From: Chromatiales bacterium USCg_Taylor
Lineage (GTDB): Bacteria > Pseudomonadota > Gammaproteobacteria > JACCXJ01
NCBI GenBank assembly: GCA_002007425.1
Contig: MUGK01000042.1
Span: forward strand, 1-44,300
Reading direction: 5' to 3'
DNA length: 44,300 nt
Part shown: positions 39,404 through 44,300 of the stretch, one piece after another
Numbering within the stretch: position 1 is the stretch's first letter
Layout of the letters: every line of letters starts with the position of its first letter
Notes under the pieces: model-generated
The model's input: only the letters and a program-made list of their open reading frames with translations
What the model was told of the DNA's origin: nothing
The model's database searches: none
Position numbers and translations under genes: made by a program

Positions 39404-39736
39404 ATGGAATTTTTCATTGCCGATGCTTTCGCCCAGGCAACCCCGTCGCGGTCGGCGGGCCAGTTTTTCCTCGAAATCCTTCCCATCGTCTTTCTGTTCG
39501 TGGTGCTCTACTTCGTGATGATTCGGCCGCAGACGAAGCGCAACAAAGAGCACAAGAAGATGATGGAGGCCTTAACTAAGGGCGATGAGATCGTCACCAC
39601 CGGCGGCATGCTCGGCCGGGTATTGGAGGTCGGGGAGAACTTCGTGCTCATCGATGTCGGCAAGGCCGTCGAGGTTAAGGTGCAGAAAGCCCAGGTCGCC
39701 AACACGGTCCCGAAAGGCACCGTCAAGACCCTTTAG
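39404..39736 (+). CDS. yajC: Preprotein translocase subunit YajC
   Basis: YFVMIRPQTKRNKEH, LTKGDEIVTTGGMLG, PKGT; AAGGAGG RBS. Confidence 0.96.
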   Translation: MEFFIADAFAQATPSRSAGQFFLEILPIVFLFVVLYFVMIRPQTKRNKEHKKMMEALTKGDEIVTTGGMLGRVLEVGENFVLIDVGKAVEVKVQKAQVANTVPKGTVKTL

Positions 39737-39758
39737 GCAAGCGCGATAGGCCTAGGCG

Positions 39759-41615
39759 ATGAATCGCTATCCCTTGTGGAAAAACCTGCTCATCTTGAGC
39801 ATTATCGTGCTCGGCGCGATCTATGCGCTGCCGAATCTCTACGGGGAGTACCCCGCCCTTCAGATCTCCACGGTGCGGTCCGCGCCGCTCGATGCGGCCC
39901 TGGAAGGTAAGGTGCGCGCCGCGCTCAAGGAGGCGCAATTGGAACCCCTCGCCCTCGAGCGCGATGCGCGCGGCCTGCTGGTCCGTCTCACCGATACCGA
40001 GGCGCAGCTCAAGGCCAATGATGCCGTGGCGGCGGCGCTCGGGCCGGACTATGTGGTCGCTCTGAATCTAGCGCCCGCGACTCCCGCGTGGCTGCAAGCG
40101 CTGGGCGCCAAGCCCATGTATCTCGGCTTGGATCTGCGCGGCGGCGTGCATTTCTTGATGGAAGTCGATATGGAGGCGGTCGTGCGGATGGCCGAAGAAC
40201 GCTTCGTCTCCGATCTGCGTTCGGCGCTGCGCGAGAAAAAGATCCGCTATAAGACCATCGCGCGCGAGGCCGGCCGCGGGATCCTCGTGACCTTGCGCGA
40301 TGCGGCCAGTCAATCCGAGGTCGAGGACCTTCTCAATGAGGAGTTCCGGGATCTCACCTTCGCGCTGGAGAACGATTCGGAAGGGAGCGCGGTGCGGCTG
40401 AGCTTGAAGGAGGATTACATCCGCGAGACGCGTAAGCTTGCCTTGCAACAGAACCTCACCACGCTGCGCAACCGCGTCAATGAGCTCGGCGTGGCGGAGC
40501 CCATCATCCAGCAGCACGGCTTGGATCGCATCGTCGTGCAACTGCCGGGCGTGCAAGACACGGCCCGGGCCAAGGAAATCCTCGGCGCGACCGCGACCCT
40601 CGAATTCCGCATGCAGGATGAAGAACACGACCCGCAGGAGGCCGTCGAAGGTAGGACGCCGGCGGGCGCTAAGCTCTATCGGACGCGCGAGGGCGAGGCG
40701 GTGCTCTTGAAACGCCAAGTAATGCTGACCGGCGAATACATCATCGACGCGAGCTCGGGCCTGGACTCGGTCGATAATCGCCCGGCCGTATTCATTACCT
40801 TGGATGGCAAGGGCGCGCGTATCTTCAGCCGCGCCACCCGCGATAACGTCGGGCGGCCCATGGGCGTGGTCTTCATCGAGACCAAGATCGACAAACAGAA
40901 GAAGGGCAACGAGACCATCAAGGTAAAGAAGACGGTCGAGGAAGTTATCAATATCGCCACCATTCGCGAGCAACTGAGCAAGCGCTTCCAGATCACGGGG
41001 CTCGATAGCACCGAAGAAGCGCGGAACCTCGCCCTCCTGCTGCGCGCCGGGGCGTTGGCCGCACCCATCTCGATCATCGAGGAGCGCACCGTGGGGCCGA
41101 GTCTCGGTCAAGACAACATCACGATGGGCTACAACGCGTCGGTCATCGGTTTCGCGCTGGTGCTGGTGTTTACCGCCATCTACTACGGCATTTTCGGCTT
41201 GGTGGCCGATCTTGCACTGGTGCTCAATCTGGTGCTGTTGCTTGCGCTCATGTCGCTGCTGCAGGCGACCCTGACCTTGCCCGGCATCGCGGGCATCGTG
41301 TTAACGGTGGGCATGGCGATCGACGCCAATGTGCTTGTCTTCGAGCGCATCCGCGAGGAACGGCGCAACGGCACCACGCCGCAGGCCGCCATCAACGCCG
41401 GCTATGAGAAGGCCTTCGCCACCATCGCCGACTCCAATCTCACCACGCTCATCGCGGCGGTCGTACTGTTTGCGTTCGGGACCGGCCCGGTGAAAGGCTT
41501 CGCGGTGACCCTGTCGCTCGGGATCGTGACCTCGATGTTCACCGCCATTGCCGGTACGCGCGCCGTGATCAATCTTATCTACGGAGGCCGGCGGCTCGCC
41601 CGCCTCGCGGTGTAG
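39759..41615 (+). CDS. secD: Protein translocase subunit SecD
   Basis: MNRYPLWK, LGLDLRGGVHF, LRNRVNELGVAEP, RIVVQLPG, LLLRAGALAAP, VGPSLG, GMAIDANVLVFERI. Confidence 0.97.
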   Translation: MNRYPLWKNLLILSIIVLGAIYALPNLYGEYPALQISTVRSAPLDAALEGKVRAALKEAQLEPLALERDARGLLVRLTDTEAQLKANDAVAAALGPDYVVALNLAPATPAWLQALGAKPMYLGLDLRGGVHFLMEVDMEAVVRMAEERFVSDLRSALREKKIRYKTIAREAGRGILVTLRDAASQSEVEDLLNEEFRDLTFALENDSEGSAVRLSLKEDYIRETRKLALQQNLTTLRNRVNELGVAEPIIQQHGLDRIVVQLPGVQDTARAKEILGATATLEFRMQDEEHDPQEAVEGRTPAGAKLYRTREGEAVLLKRQVMLTGEYIIDASSGLDSVDNRPAVFITLDGKGARIFSRATRDNVGRPMGVVFIETKIDKQKKGNETIKVKKTVEEVINIATIREQLSKRFQITGLDSTEEARNLALLLRAGALAAPISIIEERTVGPSLGQDNITMGYNASVIGFALVLVFTAIYYGIFGLVADLALVLNLVLLLALMSLLQATLTLPGIAGIVLTVGMAIDANVLVFERIREERRNGTTPQAAINAGYEKAFATIADSNLTTLIAAVVLFAFGTGPVKGFAVTLSLGIVTSMFTAIAGTRAVINLIYGGRRLARLAV

Positions 41616-41639
41616 CCGTCACTTTAAAGGAATTACTAG

Positions 41640-42587
41640 ATGGATCTCTTTAAGAAAACCCCGAAGATCGATTTCATGTCCAAGCGTTACCTCGCGTTCG
41701 TGCTCTCGGGGCTGGTCTTGACCGTCTCGATCGGCTCGTTCTTCGTGCGCGGTTTGAACCTGGGTATCGATTTTACCGGCGGCACGCTCATCGAGGTCGA
41801 ATACAATAAAGCCGTTGATTTGGCCGAGGTGCGCAGCGCGCTCGCGCGCGGGGGTTTCGAGGAGGCAATCGTGCAGCACGTCGGCACCTCGAAGGGCGTG
41901 ATGGTGCGGATCCCCCCCCGCGCAGGCCTAAACTCCGCCGATCTCAGCGATCGGGTCCTCGAAGCCCTGAAGACCGCAACCGGCACATCGGTGGAGATAC
42001 GTCAGGTTGAATTCGTCGGACCTCAAGTGGGACAGGAGCTCGTGGAAGATGGCGGGCTCGCGTTGGTGTTCGCGCTCATCGGGATCTTGTTATACGTGGC
42101 ATTGCGTTTCGAGCTGCGTCTTGCCGTTGCCGCGGTGATCGCGACCCTGCACGATCTCACCATCACGGCGGGGCTTGTGAGCCTCTTGGGTCTGCAATTC
42201 GACCTCACCATGCTCGCCGCCATCCTCACGGTGGCCGGCTATTCGGTTAACGATACCATCGTCGTCTTCGATCGTATTCGCGAGAACTTCCGCAAGCTCC
42301 GCAAGGAAGGCCCCATCGAAGTCATGAATCGCTCGGTCAACGAGACCTTGTCGCGGACCTTGGTCACCGGGCCGACCACGCTCTTTGTATTAATCTCGCT
42401 TTTTTATCTCGGCGGCGCTGTGATCGATGATTTCGCGCTGGCGCTGATCCTAGGTGTCGTCATCGGGACCTTCTCGTCGATCTATGTCGCGAGCCCCGTC
42501 GCGCTGGTGCTCGGGGTCAGCCGCGCCGATCTCTTGCCGGTGAAGAAGGAAGGCGCCGAGCTTGGTGGGCGTCCTTCTAACCGCTAA
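41640..42587 (+). CDS. secF: Protein translocase subunit SecF
   Basis: LNLGIDFTGGT, VGPQVG, LHD, GYSVNDTIVVFDRIRENF, TLSRT, GTFSSIYVA. Confidence 0.97.
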   Translation: MDLFKKTPKIDFMSKRYLAFVLSGLVLTVSIGSFFVRGLNLGIDFTGGTLIEVEYNKAVDLAEVRSALARGGFEEAIVQHVGTSKGVMVRIPPRAGLNSADLSDRVLEALKTATGTSVEIRQVEFVGPQVGQELVEDGGLALVFALIGILLYVALRFELRLAVAAVIATLHDLTITAGLVSLLGLQFDLTMLAAILTVAGYSVNDTIVVFDRIRENFRKLRKEGPIEVMNRSVNETLSRTLVTGPTTLFVLISLFYLGGAVIDDFALALILGVVIGTFSSIYVASPVALVLGVSRADLLPVKKEGAELGGRPSNR

Positions 42588-42619
42588 GGCCTACCTATCC
42601 GCGACGGCGGAGCGCACGC

Positions 42620-43771
42620 ATGCGCATCATCGCCGATCCCAATATCGCCTATGTGCGCGATGCGTTCGCCGCGCTTGGGGAGTTGCGGCTAGCTTCGGGC
42701 CGTGACTGGACCCCGGAGATCGCGCGCGACGCCGATCTACTCTTGGTCCGTTCTGTGACCCGGGTCGATGCCGGCTTGCTCGAAGGCAGCCGGGTGCGCT
42801 TCGTCGGCACGGCGACGAGTGGCGCCGATCACATCGATCTCGAGTACCTAAGCCACAAAGGGATCGCCTTCGCCGCTGCACCCGGAAGCAATGCCACCGC
42901 GGTCGCGGAATATGTACTTAGCACCGTCCTGGTTCTGGCGCAGGAACGCGGCGTTTCACTCACGGGGATGACGGCGGGGATCATCGGCTGCGGGCATGTC
43001 GGCGCGCGCGTTGCGGACCTGCTCGGGGCGCTCGGGATCGAGTGCATAATCAATGATCCGCCGCTTCAAGAACTGACGGGAGACGTGAAATACCGCACCC
43101 TTGATGAAGCCCTGTCCGCGCATGTCGTCAGCTTGCACGTACCGCTCACGGCGAGCGGCCCCCATCCGACGCTCATCCTCATCGGCCTAGATGAGCTCAC
43201 CTGCATGCGCAACGATGCGATCCTTATCAACACCGCCCGCGGTGGCGTCGTCGACGAACCGGCATTGCGAACCATGCTGACGCGGCGGCCCGGCATGGCC
43301 GCGGTGATCGACTGCTGGTGTCATGAGCCGGACATCGACGTCGAGCTCCTGCGAGGCGCGGCCATCGGAACGCCGCATATCGCCGGTTATAGCGACGATG
43401 CGAAGCTCCGCGCAACGGAGATGTTGTACCGTGCGGTCTGCGAATTCTTAAGCGTGCCTACGGAGTGGCAGCCACCCGCCGCACGGGACACACTGCGTAC
43501 CCTGTGCTTGGATGAGGCGGAGACAGACGAAGATCTATTACGCCGGGCCGTCTTTGCCTGTTATGACGCGCGCGACGATCACCGCGCGTTAGCGGAGATT
43601 GACGGACTGCCGCTAGCCGAGCGCGGCCTGCATTTCGACGCGCTGCGCGCGCATTACCGCACGCGCCGCGAGCTCAGCGCGGTCGAGGTGTTGGCGCCCT
43701 CAGACCGGCCAGCATTCCGAGCATTATTGCGCGCGCTGGGTTTCGGTGTGGTCGCGGATACGACAGGTTAG
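42620..43771 (+). CDS. pdxB: 4-phosphoerythronate dehydrogenase
   Basis: MRIIADPNI, LLVRSVTRVD, VGTATSGADHID, APGSNATAVAEY, GIIGCGHVG, SLHVPLT, INTARG, TPHIAGYS, LRAHYRTRRE. Confidence 0.93.
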   Translation: MRIIADPNIAYVRDAFAALGELRLASGRDWTPEIARDADLLLVRSVTRVDAGLLEGSRVRFVGTATSGADHIDLEYLSHKGIAFAAAPGSNATAVAEYVLSTVLVLAQERGVSLTGMTAGIIGCGHVGARVADLLGALGIECIINDPPLQELTGDVKYRTLDEALSAHVVSLHVPLTASGPHPTLILIGLDELTCMRNDAILINTARGGVVDEPALRTMLTRRPGMAAVIDCWCHEPDIDVELLRGAAIGTPHIAGYSDDAKLRATEMLYRAVCEFLSVPTEWQPPAARDTLRTLCLDEAETDEDLLRRAVFACYDARDDHRALAEIDGLPLAERGLHFDALRAHYRTRRELSAVEVLAPSDRPAFRALLRALGFGVVADTTG

Positions 43772-43784
43772 TATCGTAGAAATT

Positions 43785-43867
43785 GTAGCTTGGGTTAGCC
43801 GCGCAACGGCGTAACCCGGGAAACGAAGCTCATTCCCCCGGGTTTCGCTGCGCTCAACCGAGACTAC
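43785..43867. repeat. GTAG-family REP doublet (REPIN-like) downstream of pdxB
   Basis: Left arm GTAGCTTGGGTTAGCCG..CGGCGTAACCCGG; the right arm reverse complement is GTAGTCTCGGTTGAGCGCAGCGAAACCCGG. Both start with GTAG followed by an imperfect palindrome. Confidence 0.65.
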
Positions 43868-43993
43868 GAACTACGCGGGCATCCATATAAAATACGCGTG
43901 CCTTATGGTGTAAGCGTATTATTCATTCTATTGTTATTCCAATCTCAAGGCGAGTTACGGTGATCCATTGGGCGGATGCGAAACGATGATCTC

Positions 43994-44122
43994 ATGAACG
44001 GTGAGTACCTCACCTCGGTGATCCCGGGGATTTCACAGGCATGCGCGTCGATCAATCCGCGAGCCGCCTGTTCGCCGATTATTCGAGAACCACGCTCAAG
44101 GGCTGGATCCTCGGTGGCAAAG
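43994..44122 (+). pseudogene. N-terminal S4-domain fragment of RluD-like pseudouridine synthase
   Basis: GMRVDQSASRLFADYSRTTLKGWILGGK resembles the RluD S4 motif (RLDQALA.LFPDYSRSR.K.WI..G). It is out of frame with ATG 43994, and similarity ends at the repeat. Confidence 0.6.
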
Positions 44123-44129
44123 GAATTAG

Positions 44130-44204
44130 GGGACAGACCACGATATATTTGTCTATGCGACGCAGCAGCTGCGCTCTTGGTATCGATATATCGTGGTCTG
44201 TCCC
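44130..44204. repeat. Hairpin element with perfect 19-bp inverted repeats (REP/MITE-like)
   Basis: GGGACAGACCACGATATAT (44130-44148) / ATATATCGTGGTCTGTCCC (44186-44204). Confidence 0.75.
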
Positions 44205-44276
44205 TGTGGGATCCCCACGAATTTAGGCTCAATTTGAGCTCTCCTGGCAGTGTCGCTGTAGGATTCCATGGAGGCT

Positions 44277-44300
44277 ATGGATGGCCGCGATCACATCAGC
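44277..44300 (+). CDS. Possible start of a gene running off the window (MDGRDHIS...)
   Basis: GGAGG RBS just before ATG 44277; only 8 codons are visible. Confidence 0.3.

Overview
Gammaproteobacterial chromosome window (inferred from the aat-ate-infA, lpxK-ycaR-kdsB, dksA, fleQ and queA-tgt-yajC-secD-secF-pdxB genes). It has four parts. (1) 148-17851, minus strand: a ~17.7 kb Wzm/Wzt-exported surface-glycan locus with UDP-sulfoquinovose synthase (SqdB), two sulfotransferase-family domains, five glycosyltransferase proteins, an unusual Wzt with a large N-terminal beta-propeller-like domain, and a frameshifted MarR-type regulator. (2) 17947-28874: housekeeping genes, an orphan fleQ and a MITE-like element. 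(3) 28968-32074: a tightly linked three-gene exported module made of a MauG/BthA-like di-haem lipoprotein, a Tat-exported metallophosphoesterase and a SoxA/TsdA-like mono-haem cytochrome with a probable Cys ligand; this is the best candidate for an uncharacterised system. (4) 32173-44300: a broken pcm, glycerate kinase, a decayed accessory patch (inverted-repeat-flanked higBA, a broken PD-(D/E)XK-like gene), the queA-secF-pdxB operon, REP-like repeats and an rluD fragment. At least five genes are disrupted. No intact rRNA, tRNA or CRISPR array was seen. All family assignments come from motif recognition by eye; no database search was run.
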